From the IMG/VR virus record IMGVR_UViG_3300042197_002672: a DNA stretch of 20,000 nt. One strand, 5' to 3'. The position numbers were made by a program, and so were the translations under genes. The notes beneath the pieces were generated by a model. It was given only the letters and a program-made list of their open reading frames with translations, made no database searches and was not told the origin of the DNA. Below are positions 7,141-17,010 of the stretch, one piece after another. The first letter of the stretch is position 1. Each line of letters begins with the position of its first letter. The stretch is from an uncultured virus (IMG/VR IMGVR_UViG_3300042197_002672) (taxonomy: Duplodnaviria > Heunggongvirae > Uroviricota > Caudoviricetes).

Positions 7141-7367
7141 AAAAAATGGATGTCTCTCTCAAGGCAAGTGATTTCTTAGAAGAACTAGTTGAATCTAAAA
7201 AACTTGGAATGAAAATATATTTCATTCAAGAAGGGAGTACGCTAAAAACTGTACCTTTATTTGATAAAGAGTTAGTAGATTATCAAATAGATCAGAAGTA
7301 TAAAGACAGAAATCCAAAACCATCATCTAACGATATACATGAATATTGTTTCATAAGGAGAAAATAA
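7137..7367 (+). CDS. Hypothetical protein (76 aa)
   Basis: ATGA-coupled to the upstream ORF and TAATG-coupled to the downstream ORF. Confidence 0.65.
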   Translation: MKKMDVSLKASDFLEELVESKKLGMKIYFIQEGSTLKTVPLFDKELVDYQIDQKYKDRNPKPSSNDIHEYCFIRRK

Positions 7368-7567
7368 TGAAGTTATCAGATCAGGCAGTATTAACAATGG
7401 CATTAGCTCTACAAAAAAGTCTAGTTATGGATACAGATTATGGACTTCTTTTAAAAGAATTTGTATTTGAGCCAAACAAGAATGGAGAACTTTCTATCTC
7501 AAATTATGAGACAGCAAGGTTGTCAAAAGAAGAAGTAGAAGAAAAGTTTCCAGAAGAAACTGAATAA
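7367..7567 (+). CDS. Hypothetical protein (MKLSDQAVLTMALALQKSL..., 66 aa)
   Basis: ATG 7367 lies 6 nt after a strong AAGGAG; the track start at 7346 (TTG) is less likely. Confidence 0.75.
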   Translation: MKLSDQAVLTMALALQKSLVMDTDYGLLLKEFVFEPNKNGELSISNYETARLSKEEVEEKFPEETE

Positions 7568-7569
7568 CC

Positions 7570-7791
7570 ATGCCAACAAATTACTTTAAATGCAACAGTT
7601 GTCAGAGTTTTAGTGATAAAATTTATCATAAAATGAATGAAATTGTAGTATGTAAGGTTTGTAATAGCGAAATGATTAAAATATTTAAAAGTATAAACAC
7701 ATCTATGCTTTCTTCAGAAGAAAAAAATGAATCAATTCTTTCTTGTTTAGAAAACAATAAGAAAGAGTTAAAAAAATTAAAAGGTGATTGA
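7570..7791 (+). CDS. Small FmdB-like zinc-ribbon protein
   Basis: MPTNYFKCNSC...VCKVCNS: two CxxC pairs after an MP-x-x-Y start, resembling the FmdB/CxxC_CxxC family. Confidence 0.65.
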   Translation: MPTNYFKCNSCQSFSDKIYHKMNEIVVCKVCNSEMIKIFKSINTSMLSSEEKNESILSCLENNKKELKKLKGD

Positions 7792-7792
7792 T

Positions 7793-8068
7793 ATGGATTT
7801 TTTTCAATTTTATGCAATTTTTAGTACTATATTGTTAGTTTTTTTGTATTTTTATGCTAAAAATTTAATATCAATGATTAAATTTGAAAAAGAAATAAAA
7901 AATGATATATTTGAATATTCAAAATATTATAAAGATATCATCTCAAAGTTTCAAAATAGAAATATTGTTTTGGACGAAAAGATGATATCTTTTTTACTTG
8001 ATGAGACTAGAGATTTTGAAGATTTCTTATCTAACATAAGAAAAAATACGGACTCGATAAATGAGTAA
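7793..8068 (+). CDS. Small protein with an N-terminal transmembrane helix
   Basis: Hydrophobic FFQFYAIFSTILLVFLYFYA followed by a charged helical region. ATG 7793 follows AAGGTGA (track start GTG 7784). Confidence 0.65.
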   Translation: MDFFQFYAIFSTILLVFLYFYAKNLISMIKFEKEIKNDIFEYSKYYKDIISKFQNRNIVLDEKMISFLLDETRDFEDFLSNIRKNTDSINE

Positions 8069-8714
8069 TAAAGATTATTTTAACAAAGCTGTTCATGATG
8101 CAATAATAAGATATTGCATAGAATCAGATGAAAATGAAAAACAAAAATTATATATAGAATATATAGATCCTACATTTAAACAGCTTATAGAAAAAGTTGT
8201 ATATGCATATAAATTTACAGGATTAAAAAATCTTGAAGACTTAAAAGATGATTGTTTATCTATGTTAATTTCTAACTTGCAAAAATTTAATCCAGACTAT
8301 GGTTCAAAAGCATTTTCTTATTTTACTGTAATAACTAAAAATTGGTTTATTTGCAAATATAAAGAGCAGCAAAAGCAAAAGCAATTTATGATAAAAAATA
8401 AAAATTTTGCAAAAGACAATGAAAGTTATGACATGGAGGAGTCGTTCTTTAAAAAAGAATTTTATGACTCTCTCATAAAAGACATTAAGACATGGGATCT
8501 TCAAACCCCAAAATCACAAATAGTAACAGAAGCGTTAATAAAAATACTAACAGATGTTGATAAGTTTGATTTTATTAATAAAAAAATGACGTTCTTCTCT
8601 ATTAAAGAGATCACAAATCTAAAAACATCAGAACTTTCCTATTTAATGAAGAAGGTGGTAAAAAGATATAATGAGTTCAGAAAAAAATGGGAATCAGAAA
8701 ACAGAATTATCTAA
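8061..8714 (+). CDS. Phage sigma factor, gp55/late-sigma-like (sigma70 region 2)
   Basis: YFNKAVHDAIIRY...EDLKDDCLSMLISNLQKFNPDYGSKAFSYFTVITKNWF matches the region 2 'F(D/N)P..s.aF.YF..i..n.F' pattern; lies just before the virion genes. Confidence 0.75.
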   Translation: MSNKDYFNKAVHDAIIRYCIESDENEKQKLYIEYIDPTFKQLIEKVVYAYKFTGLKNLEDLKDDCLSMLISNLQKFNPDYGSKAFSYFTVITKNWFICKYKEQQKQKQFMIKNKNFAKDNESYDMEESFFKKEFYDSLIKDIKTWDLQTPKSQIVTEALIKILTDVDKFDFINKKMTFFSIKEITNLKTSELSYLMKKVVKRYNEFRKKWESENRII

Positions 8715-8985
8715 CATGCTTGAAATATGTGTTAAAAATATAGAGCAAGATAGAACACAATCGAAAGAAGCAATAGAAAAAATTGAAGATTATATAGGAT
8801 CTATGTCTTTAATAGATCCAGAATCTTTTAGTAAGATTTTAATGTCTTATTCCAAACTTATAGAAAATTTACAAAAATCAAATGAACAAATGGTCAATAT
8901 ATTTCTTTCAAAGAACAAAAAAGAGCCTCAAAAAGAATCTTTAACTTTATCAGAAGAAGAAAAGAGAGAAATACGGGGGAAATAA
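8671..8985 (+). CDS. Hypothetical helical/coiled-coil protein
   Basis: 104-aa ORF filling the gap between the sigma gene and the baseplate module; start uncertain (8671 or 8716). Confidence 0.65.
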   Translation: MSSEKNGNQKTELSNMLEICVKNIEQDRTQSKEAIEKIEDYIGSMSLIDPESFSKILMSYSKLIENLQKSNEQMVNIFLSKNKKEPQKESLTLSEEEKREIRGK

Positions 8986-8988
8986 TGC

Positions 8989-10512
8989 TTGTCTAATTTA
9001 GATATTTTAAAATCCATAACATATGGTGTAGTCAATAGGACCGATGGATCTTTTTTTGATGGCAAAACAAATAATGATTTTGTCAGAAACTCTCCATTGT
9101 CACTAGTAAGACAAAGCGTAAGAGAAAAAGTTACTCCGAATGTCCTTAGTAAAAACAATGAATTCGTAGCTGTATGTCTTAGAGTGCTTCCAAAAGAAGA
9201 AGAAAAATTTAATTTTTTCTCCGTCACAGGTCTATTAAATTCAATAATAGGTTCACAACAAACATCAACTCAAATTAAAGTTGTAGCTAGAATACCAGAA
9301 ATCGATGCTGCATTACCTATACCAGAATCAGAATCTGATATTAATGCTATTATGAATCATTCTGTGTTTATAGGAGATGAGTCTGTTGAAGAACCTACCC
9401 CTGGTTCATTAATTAGAGTTACATTTCAAGACGTTTCAAACATGCAAGGGCCTATATATCTAGGTCCATACTTTAAGGGAAATGCAACCCAACAAACAAG
9501 CACGACACCAGTAGTTCAAAGCAATCAGAATCTCGCAAATCCAAATGCACAGGGTTTTTTCCAGCAAGCTTCACAAGGACAACAAGCCCCGGCTGCTCCA
9601 CAGGCTCCATCGAATACTCCTCAGACAATAGGAAAACCAACATCTTTTACAAGAGATAGACCTACTGCATGGGACTTTAGCAAAATAGATATAAGCGTAT
9701 ACGAAAGGGCTAAACAAAGAGGTATAAATGTACCAACATTTGTTAAACCATCAGAAGTTAGCACTGACATAAACAAGAATTTATACATATGTGCCGCAGT
9801 ATCAGAAGTGATAGAGCAATATTGGCGACAGATAGATCCTGGTGCAAAATGTATTGTGACAGCATCTCATAGACCAAATGATCCTGATGATTCAAATCAT
9901 AATCACATAGAGGCAGCTGCTATAGACTTTTATATCCAAAAACAAAATGGTGAAAAAATAGCAGTATTTCAATCATGGGGAACGTTATTTATGTTGATAC
10001 AGGCTAGAAGATTTCCATTCGGAGGATGTGGTATATATATAAATATACACCCTGATGGAGTTAAAGGAATTACTCCGGCTCTAGCAGGCGCTAGTTCTGG
10101 AAACAACAGAAGACCTCCGGGCTCTTCTGCCGGTACACATTATGACTTCAGAGGGTTTATGGGATTTGTTGGAAAATCACCAATTGCGAGTGCTAACAGA
10201 CCTACAATATGGATGGGCCTAGATGAATTAGGAAGCGGCGGAAAAGATGATTGGGCATACTATCAATCAAGTCTTTACAATTTAGCTAATCCAAAAGTAG
10301 ATGCAACAGGAAAAAAAATAGCTGAGTCAGCAGAAAAACTTGCAGAATTCAAACAAATGCTTGATACAAATGTGCCAGGGGCAAGACAGTATTTTTCTAA
10401 TTATCTAAAATTAGCTGGTGGTAATTATGCAGCTTCTTTAAACGATCCAGAACTACCACAAGTATCGACATCTGTTCTAAATATACTTCAAGTACTAGGA
10501 TTTGAACCATGA
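8989..10512 (+). CDS. Putative baseplate hub/tail lysin: gp5-OB-like N-domain, Q/P/A linker, peptidase M15-like Zn domain
   Basis: N-terminal IKVVARIPEID...PTPGSLIRVTFQD resembles gp5/VgrG OB strands. A low-complexity QQASQGQQAPAAPQAP linker follows. IVTASHR...HIEAAAID (H-x6-D)...GCGIY...THYDFRG matches the M15 pattern. TTG start after GGGGGA. Confidence 0.65.
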   Translation: MSNLDILKSITYGVVNRTDGSFFDGKTNNDFVRNSPLSLVRQSVREKVTPNVLSKNNEFVAVCLRVLPKEEEKFNFFSVTGLLNSIIGSQQTSTQIKVVARIPEIDAALPIPESESDINAIMNHSVFIGDESVEEPTPGSLIRVTFQDVSNMQGPIYLGPYFKGNATQQTSTTPVVQSNQNLANPNAQGFFQQASQGQQAPAAPQAPSNTPQTIGKPTSFTRDRPTAWDFSKIDISVYERAKQRGINVPTFVKPSEVSTDINKNLYICAAVSEVIEQYWRQIDPGAKCIVTASHRPNDPDDSNHNHIEAAAIDFYIQKQNGEKIAVFQSWGTLFMLIQARRFPFGGCGIYINIHPDGVKGITPALAGASSGNNRRPPGSSAGTHYDFRGFMGFVGKSPIASANRPTIWMGLDELGSGGKDDWAYYQSSLYNLANPKVDATGKKIAESAEKLAEFKQMLDTNVPGARQYFSNYLKLAGGNYAASLNDPELPQVSTSVLNILQVLGFEP

Positions 10513-11390
10513 GTGATGAAAATAGAAAAGTTACCAAACTCCAAGGCTCTGAGGTGGCTGGTAAAAAAAATGCTAACCTTACAGAAACAGTTCCTCTTTT
10601 TAACAAATCAAGTTCTGAAAATGTTATAGAGGGCAAAAACAATACATTTATAACTCTTGGAAGAGATCGTCCATCAACTCTTGAAAGTGGCTACGGTGGA
10701 GCAGGGTTTGATAGATGTGGTGCTGTAGATATAGTAGCAGGTAGAGCTTCTCCCTTTACTAGAGAATCTGACGATAAAGGCGAACAAGTATTTGTTGATA
10801 ACTCAATAGAGTTTGATGCCGCAAGAATAACAGTGTCGCAAACTACTAATGTAGATACAAATTTTAACATTTCAAATAGAAACTCTTTCCCATCAGATGC
10901 AGATTCTGCAGTGGCAGCGAAAGCTGATCATATAAGAATGGTGGGTAGAAAATCTTTACGATTAATAACAGGTACAGATAAGTATGATTCTAATGGAAAT
11001 CTAATATCAAAACTACAAGGCATAGAATTAATTGCAGGCAATGATGATAAGGATTTGCAATCTTTAGTAAAAGGTGAAAATCTAGTTGAATATCTTAATA
11101 AGTTAGAAGACAGAATTAGGATACATAATTCTGAACTAGTGTTTATTTATTCTATGTTAACTAGTTTACTTACATCGCTAAATACACATACGCATATATC
11201 TTCTCCGACAGGAGGACCTACTTCGCCGTCTATAGAACTTGCAACGACACTACCTGTCATATGTTCGCAGTTAGCACTACACACCGTAGATAGACAAAAT
11301 GAAGTAGTTAAATCAGCGGTTCAAAAAGAAACATATTTGAAACCTTATGGTTCTAAAAACATCAGATCAAGACTGAATAAGGTAAATTAA
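10509..11390 (+). CDS. Putative baseplate central spike protein (gp5-C/gpV-like)
   Basis: Short beta-strand-like segments (VIEGKNNTFITLGRDR, AAKADHIRMVGRKSLRLITG), LVKGENL, a helix, then HTH + SPTGGPTSP as seen at spike tips; baseplate context. Confidence 0.6.
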   Translation: MSDENRKVTKLQGSEVAGKKNANLTETVPLFNKSSSENVIEGKNNTFITLGRDRPSTLESGYGGAGFDRCGAVDIVAGRASPFTRESDDKGEQVFVDNSIEFDAARITVSQTTNVDTNFNISNRNSFPSDADSAVAAKADHIRMVGRKSLRLITGTDKYDSNGNLISKLQGIELIAGNDDKDLQSLVKGENLVEYLNKLEDRIRIHNSELVFIYSMLTSLLTSLNTHTHISSPTGGPTSPSIELATTLPVICSQLALHTVDRQNEVVKSAVQKETYLKPYGSKNIRSRLNKVN

Positions 11391-11391
11391 A

Positions 11392-13863
11392 ATGGACGAA
11401 AGTTGGATTACAAAAGTAAAAAAATTATGGTACGAACCATCTGAAAATAAGGCATATTATACATTTCAGGCAGTTGATACTGTTATAGATCAGTACAGTT
11501 TAGCTGTTAAAGAGATTGAAGCGTTCTATGGATTAGACTTTTCTCCTATATTAAAATATATTAAATCTTATACAGATTCAAGGCCAGAAACTCCAATGTT
11601 AATGTTGTTTTCTGTAACTGCTCCACAATCTGTATTGGATGAAAAATTACCAGAAACTAAATCTATAACATCAAGAAATGATTATTATATTGTTTTTGAT
11701 CCTACTTTTGAAGAAAGAGATAAAGAGCAAGCAAAACAAGAAGAAGAACAAAGAAAGAAAGAAATAGAAGAAGAAGAAAAAAGACAGCAGAAAAACCAAC
11801 AACTTGAAAATCCATATGTAAAACAAAAACAAATAAAGTCTCAAAAAAATCCTTATGTTTTTGGAGATATTTTAAAAAAGGATATTGTAGATAAAGAGAC
11901 AATAGAAGAAATACAAAATCAATATTTTGGAAAAACACAAAAAGATCCAAAAACAGGAAAAATAACATATACAGCAGGTGATCTTTTAAGAAAAAGAATG
12001 GAGAAAGAGTCTTCGACACTTGATGGACTTTACGAAAATATATTAGATAAACTTTCTTTAAAAAATATAATAGGAGTATCTTTATCTCAACTTGCAAAAT
12101 GGTTAAATGGTGAACCTGTTGATATAGAATGTGTTGCCCTAAACTTTAAAAATGGATTACTATGTACTTCTGTAAAAAATCCAAATGAAATACCAAAATC
12201 TTTCAAAGAAGGTTGGGATTTTCCTGACTTTTCTTTCGATCTTTCTTCAATAGACGCAGAAGAATTAGTGTATGATTTTCTTAAGATACTAGAAACAACA
12301 ATTAAAAATATAATTCAAGAATTTATATTCTCTATTATTGACTTAATATTCCAAGAATTTCTAAAAATTTTAGACAAAAACTTTAGTTTTAATAAATATA
12401 TATTACCATGTAAGGAAAACTCTTTAGATTCAATATTTGACAAACAAAGAAGAAAATCTTTAGATGAAGTTTTAGATTTTGATAGTAAAGATTTTAAAGA
12501 TACATTTAAAAACGATATCCTTGCAGGAAACCTAAATATAGGATATCAAGACTATTTAACTATAGTCGATGAAACACTAAAGAATTTAACACCAAGAGAA
12601 TTAGACGGTCTGTATAACGGAATAATCTCAGGAGATGCTTTTGAGTTAGTAAAAAATATAGTAAATAAAGTTAACGGAAATCAAGATTTAGATGAAGCTG
12701 AATATATTAAATTATTTTCAAACTATAAGAAATATGTATACAGTCTAGACGAACAACCAGTGAATTACATATATATCTGTAATCATCCATCTTTCTTTGA
12801 AGTCGAAAAGCAGGGGCTGATAGATAAGGGAATTCCTGAATCAGACGCCCAAGATATGATAGATACAAGAAAAGCTGCATGGATTAAATCATCCAAGGAG
12901 ATGTGTAATTTTCTAAGGAATAGCGTAAAAACAGTAGAAACAACAGAACAATTAGATCCAACGGATGCGTATAAAATTGTTGTTGGAAGAAACGTAGATA
13001 ATATCTTTGATTCATTAGAAAAAAATTTACAAAGCTCTTCTGGAAAAATTTTTACAGAATTATCTTCTTTAACTGGAGAATTATCTATTGCTTCAAATTA
13101 TATATACCCTATTAAAGATGGAGATATAACTAGAACCAAATTTATTAAAAACGCTATAGAACAAACAAAAAAACCAGATCCGGCAATACCAGGATTTCTT
13201 GATAATTTATTTGAAAATATAGCTCAATTAGTAAATCAAAACCAAGGCACTTTTTATGAAAAATATCTAGATTCACAAGAATCTTATCATAAATATACTT
13301 TTGAACAATTTAGTACTGAAAATAGATGGATATTTATTTCTGCTATACAAAAAGAGGGAGAAAATCAGGAAGATTTAGAAAATCAAAGTATATTTGTATT
13401 AGATTCTAATAAAATATTATATTATGATCAAGATAATGTCGATCAAGATAGACCTGAGTTGTTATTCAATGGATTTTCTGAAATAAATCTATCAGAAGGT
13501 CTTACTGTATATTCTCTTACAGGCCTTTTGTTACAAAAATGCAACAATTTACCAGTATCTTACAGAGATTCTTTGTTGGAAAATAAAGAAAATATAAAAG
13601 ATTCAGATATATTTTTTGAAATATATAAAGCCATAGAACAGGATTGCGATATTTTTCAGGATACAGAAGAGTATAATATGAGTTACGATCTGTTTTTTGA
13701 ATTTATACCTAAAATATTAGAAAATAGAGGAAATCCTCTTTTTAGTTTTGTAAACCCAGAAAAAGATGATAGTTTAAATATAAATAAATTTAGAAAATTA
13801 AAATTTTTAAATTTTACCAAAATTAAACAAAATCTTAAAAAAGAATTAAAGGTTATAAAATGA
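11392..13863 (+). CDS. Large hypothetical protein (823 aa), probably virion-associated
   Basis: Long ORF between the spike-like and gp25-like genes, with an E/K/Q-rich coiled-coil near aa 105-140; no motif recognised. Confidence 0.7.
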   Translation: MDESWITKVKKLWYEPSENKAYYTFQAVDTVIDQYSLAVKEIEAFYGLDFSPILKYIKSYTDSRPETPMLMLFSVTAPQSVLDEKLPETKSITSRNDYYIVFDPTFEERDKEQAKQEEEQRKKEIEEEEKRQQKNQQLENPYVKQKQIKSQKNPYVFGDILKKDIVDKETIEEIQNQYFGKTQKDPKTGKITYTAGDLLRKRMEKESSTLDGLYENILDKLSLKNIIGVSLSQLAKWLNGEPVDIECVALNFKNGLLCTSVKNPNEIPKSFKEGWDFPDFSFDLSSIDAEELVYDFLKILETTIKNIIQEFIFSIIDLIFQEFLKILDKNFSFNKYILPCKENSLDSIFDKQRRKSLDEVLDFDSKDFKDTFKNDILAGNLNIGYQDYLTIVDETLKNLTPRELDGLYNGIISGDAFELVKNIVNKVNGNQDLDEAEYIKLFSNYKKYVYSLDEQPVNYIYICNHPSFFEVEKQGLIDKGIPESDAQDMIDTRKAAWIKSSKEMCNFLRNSVKTVETTEQLDPTDAYKIVVGRNVDNIFDSLEKNLQSSSGKIFTELSSLTGELSIASNYIYPIKDGDITRTKFIKNAIEQTKKPDPAIPGFLDNLFENIAQLVNQNQGTFYEKYLDSQESYHKYTFEQFSTENRWIFISAIQKEGENQEDLENQSIFVLDSNKILYYDQDNVDQDRPELLFNGFSEINLSEGLTVYSLTGLLLQKCNNLPVSYRDSLLENKENIKDSDIFFEIYKAIEQDCDIFQDTEEYNMSYDLFFEFIPKILENRGNPLFSFVNPEKDDSLNINKFRKLKFLNFTKIKQNLKKELKVIK

Positions 13864-14855
13864 TAATATCTGTAAAAGAAGCTAGAGACAAAATACTTGC
13901 AGAAGTATTTGAAGTATATATAAAATGTTTATTTTTAGAGAAATATTATTCTAATTTAATGTATTATATATTTTCTTCTTACGGAGAATATACCATTGAA
14001 TATTATTATAATAAAATAATAAATCAAATAGAACCATCAAATTTGCAAAAATTTAGAAACATACTACAGCCAGGAGAGTTTGATACTATCTGTAAAAGAT
14101 CTATAGAAGAATTGCTTATTCTTGTAACAGAACGATTCCAAAAAACAGAAAAAAATAAAGTTAAATTTATAAATTCATTAAAAATATTACCATGTCCAGT
14201 TTCTGCAAACTCCGCAACAGAACAAGAAGAAGAAGTTTTTAAAGATATAAAAAATGTCAATTATTATTTTTACTTAGAAAATTATTTAAAAATAGCAGAA
14301 AATGAAGCAAATATAACTTCTGATAAAAGAAAAAATGTTGTAAACGCTGATTATTTTGTAAACATTCAAGGACTTGAGACAGTATTTTCTAAATATACTG
14401 ATATTAGATACGGACTAAGACTTCTTTATAAACAAAACAATACAGATAACGGTGATACTAATTCTGAAAATATAAAAAAGAAATGTTTCAACATAACATT
14501 AAGAGGAAGAGATAATATTTGTACGATACCTTTAATAGAGAAAGAAACAGAAAATATATCAAAGAGAACATTAGCATTATTTAAATCAGATATCCAGTAC
14601 GGAAGACCACCAGAAGAACAAAAATATGTAAAAATTTTGAAAGAACAGATAATTAATTCAGATGAATATAATAAAGTGTTTTTAAAAATATTTCCAATAA
14701 ACATGATTGATTTAATGTTAGCTTCTAAGTTTTATATGTCATCAAAATTATTTGAAAAAATTTTAACAGAAAATAATGTTTACGCAAATTCTTCTAATAT
14801 TGTATTAAGATTGATAAATAGTTTAGTTGATTATAAGGAAATACATCTTGAATGA
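13860..14855 (+). CDS. Hypothetical protein (331 aa)
   Basis: ATGA-coupled ORF within the baseplate module; no motif recognised. Confidence 0.7.
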   Translation: MIISVKEARDKILAEVFEVYIKCLFLEKYYSNLMYYIFSSYGEYTIEYYYNKIINQIEPSNLQKFRNILQPGEFDTICKRSIEELLILVTERFQKTEKNKVKFINSLKILPCPVSANSATEQEEEVFKDIKNVNYYFYLENYLKIAENEANITSDKRKNVVNADYFVNIQGLETVFSKYTDIRYGLRLLYKQNNTDNGDTNSENIKKKCFNITLRGRDNICTIPLIEKETENISKRTLALFKSDIQYGRPPEEQKYVKILKEQIINSDEYNKVFLKIFPINMIDLMLASKFYMSSKLFEKILTENNVYANSSNIVLRLINSLVDYKEIHLE

Positions 14856-15228
14856 AGGTTTAGAACCAAGATTACCATTAATTTATGGAAAAAACGATGG
14901 ACCTTATGATATGATCATATCAAAAGAAGAAATGGTTCATCAAGATTTAAAAAATCTATTACTCACAAACCCAGGAGAACGGGTAATGGATCCGAATTTT
15001 GGAGTTGGCATAAAAGCATATCTTTTCGAGACAGAGAACACTCTTGATTCCTCGGAATTAATTCAACAAGTTCAGGTTCAAGTCAACAAATACATTCCAG
15101 GCGTAAGAGTTCAGAATGTTTTTTTAAGAAAAAACTCAGATCACGAATTTTTAATAAATATCGTATATAATTTGTTAGTTCAAAAAGCAAAAAACAGTTT
15201 AAGCTTTGTGTTTAAAGTGACTGTTTAA
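14848..15228 (+). CDS. Baseplate wedge protein, gp25/GPW family
   Basis: QDLKNLLLTNPGERVMDPNFGVGIKAYLFE...VNKYIPGVRV is the gp25 signature. TTG 14848 follows AAGGA (track start 14827). Confidence 0.9.
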   Translation: MNEGLEPRLPLIYGKNDGPYDMIISKEEMVHQDLKNLLLTNPGERVMDPNFGVGIKAYLFETENTLDSSELIQQVQVQVNKYIPGVRVQNVFLRKNSDHEFLINIVYNLLVQKAKNSLSFVFKVTV

Positions 15229-15243
15229 TGGAAAAAAAAATAA

Positions 15244-17010
15244 ATGAATAAACCAGCTATTAATTTTACAAATAGAGATTTCTTAAAAATTAAAGAAATA
15301 TTAGTAAATAATGCTAAATTGTATTACCCAGAAACTAATAAAAACTTTAATCAAGCATCTTTTGGAGCCATGGTATTTGATGCGGTGTCGTATGTTGGAG
15401 ATATGTTATCTTTTTATGTTGATTACCAATATAACGAACAATTCTTAGACACAGCAAATGAAGTAAAAAACATACTAAAGATAGCAAAACAAAATGGATA
15501 TAGAGATAAAGGAGTTCCTTCTGCACAAGGAAAAGTTGCAGTGTATTTCCAGATACCAGCAGATTCTAATGGATCTCCAAACTACAAATATGTGCCAACA
15601 ATAAAAGCAGGTACTAAATTTCAATCAAATAAAGGCGTAAATTATATAGTCACAAATGACTTTGATTTTAATGTAAATACAACAAAATATGTTGTATCTC
15701 AAGTAAATTCATCAGGCTTCCCAACAAGATATGCTATAAAAAATTATGTAGATGTAATATCTGGAGATTTATTTCTTCAAACAGATGTGGTTTCCTCTTA
15801 TTTAGATTATCTAAAGATAAGAGTTAAGAATCCATTGATGTCGGAAATAGTTTCTGTTATAGATTCTGAAGGTAATGAATACTACGAAGTAGATAATTTA
15901 ACTGAAAATATTATATTTAAATCTATAAAAAATACAGATTCTACTACAAACACATATGCTCCATATAAAATTCAAAAGCATTTAGCTTCGAGAAGATTTA
16001 CTATAGAATATGGTGGTGATTTTTACTACCTTGTATTTGGAAATGGATCTATTGAATCTTCAACAAATCCGTCAGATGTCTCTCTGAATATGTATGGAAG
16101 GAATTACCAATCTAACTCATCTTTTGATCCAAGTAGCATATTAGCTAATGATAAATTTGGAATAGGCCCTCAGAACACAACATTATCTATTGTTTATAGG
16201 GCAAACAGCGTAAACAACACAAATGCTGGAGTGTCAAGTATAAATAAATACTTAAATTTGCTACTAGAATTTTCAGATCAGACAATCTCTCAAACTGAAA
16301 TAAATCAAATAAAAATAAGCGCAGAAATTGATAACGAAGAAGTTATCACAGGTTTTTCTGAAAACTTTACGACACAAGATTTAAAAACAAAAGCATTAGG
16401 AGCTTATTCTAGCCAGAATAGGTTAGTTACATCAAATGATTATGTTTATTATTGTTATAATATGCATCCAAAATACGGTGTAGTCAAAAGAGCAAATATA
16501 GCAAAAGATGTAACGAGTGCAAGAAATTCTTTAAATTTATATGTAATATCAGAAGATGATAATGGCTATTTAGTTAAATCCAATTCTATTATAAAAGAAA
16601 ACCTTAAAAAATGGATTGAACCTAAAAAAATGTTAAATGATATCATAAATATATATGATGCAAAAATAGCAAATATTTCTATAGAGTTTATAGTTCAAGC
16701 CTATGAAAATAGAAACAAAGTAGAAGTCCTGACTGAATGTATAAATAAACTTAAAACAAAATATCAATCAAAACTAAATATAGGCGAAGCCTTTTCAATA
16801 TCCGACATATATAAAACATTAAATATATTACCATCAGTAATAGATACCAAAAGCGTCCTAATAAGATCTCTAAATAGTTCTGGATATTCTCAATATGTTT
16901 TTGATATATATGAAAATTTAAGTACAGATGAAACTTATATAGATGTACCGCAAGACACTATATTAGAGATTAAATATCCAGATTTGGACATAAAAGGAAC
17001 AGTAATCTAA
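15244..17010 (+). CDS. Baseplate wedge subunit, T4 gp6 / baseplate J-like
   Basis: INFTNRDFLKIKEIL...FDAVSYVGDMLSFYVDYQYNEQFLDTA, IAKQNGY, LVFGNG and SQNRLVTSNDY; directly follows the gp25-like gene. Confidence 0.88.
   Translation: MNKPAINFTNRDFLKIKEILVNNAKLYYPETNKNFNQASFGAMVFDAVSYVGDMLSFYVDYQYNEQFLDTANEVKNILKIAKQNGYRDKGVPSAQGKVAVYFQIPADSNGSPNYKYVPTIKAGTKFQSNKGVNYIVTNDFDFNVNTTKYVVSQVNSSGFPTRYAIKNYVDVISGDLFLQTDVVSSYLDYLKIRVKNPLMSEIVSVIDSEGNEYYEVDNLTENIIFKSIKNTDSTTNTYAPYKIQKHLASRRFTIEYGGDFYYLVFGNGSIESSTNPSDVSLNMYGRNYQSNSSFDPSSILANDKFGIGPQNTTLSIVYRANSVNNTNAGVSSINKYLNLLLEFSDQTISQTEINQIKISAEIDNEEVITGFSENFTTQDLKTKALGAYSSQNRLVTSNDYVYYCYNMHPKYGVVKRANIAKDVTSARNSLNLYVISEDDNGYLVKSNSIIKENLKKWIEPKKMLNDIINIYDAKIANISIEFIVQAYENRNKVEVLTECINKLKTKYQSKLNIGEAFSISDIYKTLNILPSVIDTKSVLIRSLNSSGYSQYVFDIYENLSTDETYIDVPQDTILEIKYPDLDIKGTVI

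Noticed and set aside
14848..17010. Bacterial T6SS or tailocin locus instead of phage
   Set aside because: The long T4 gp6-type wedge protein, gp55-like sigma factor and free-standing homing endonuclease fit a large phage better, and no Tss membrane components are seen. Capsid and terminase are outside the window, so phage identity is still an inference.
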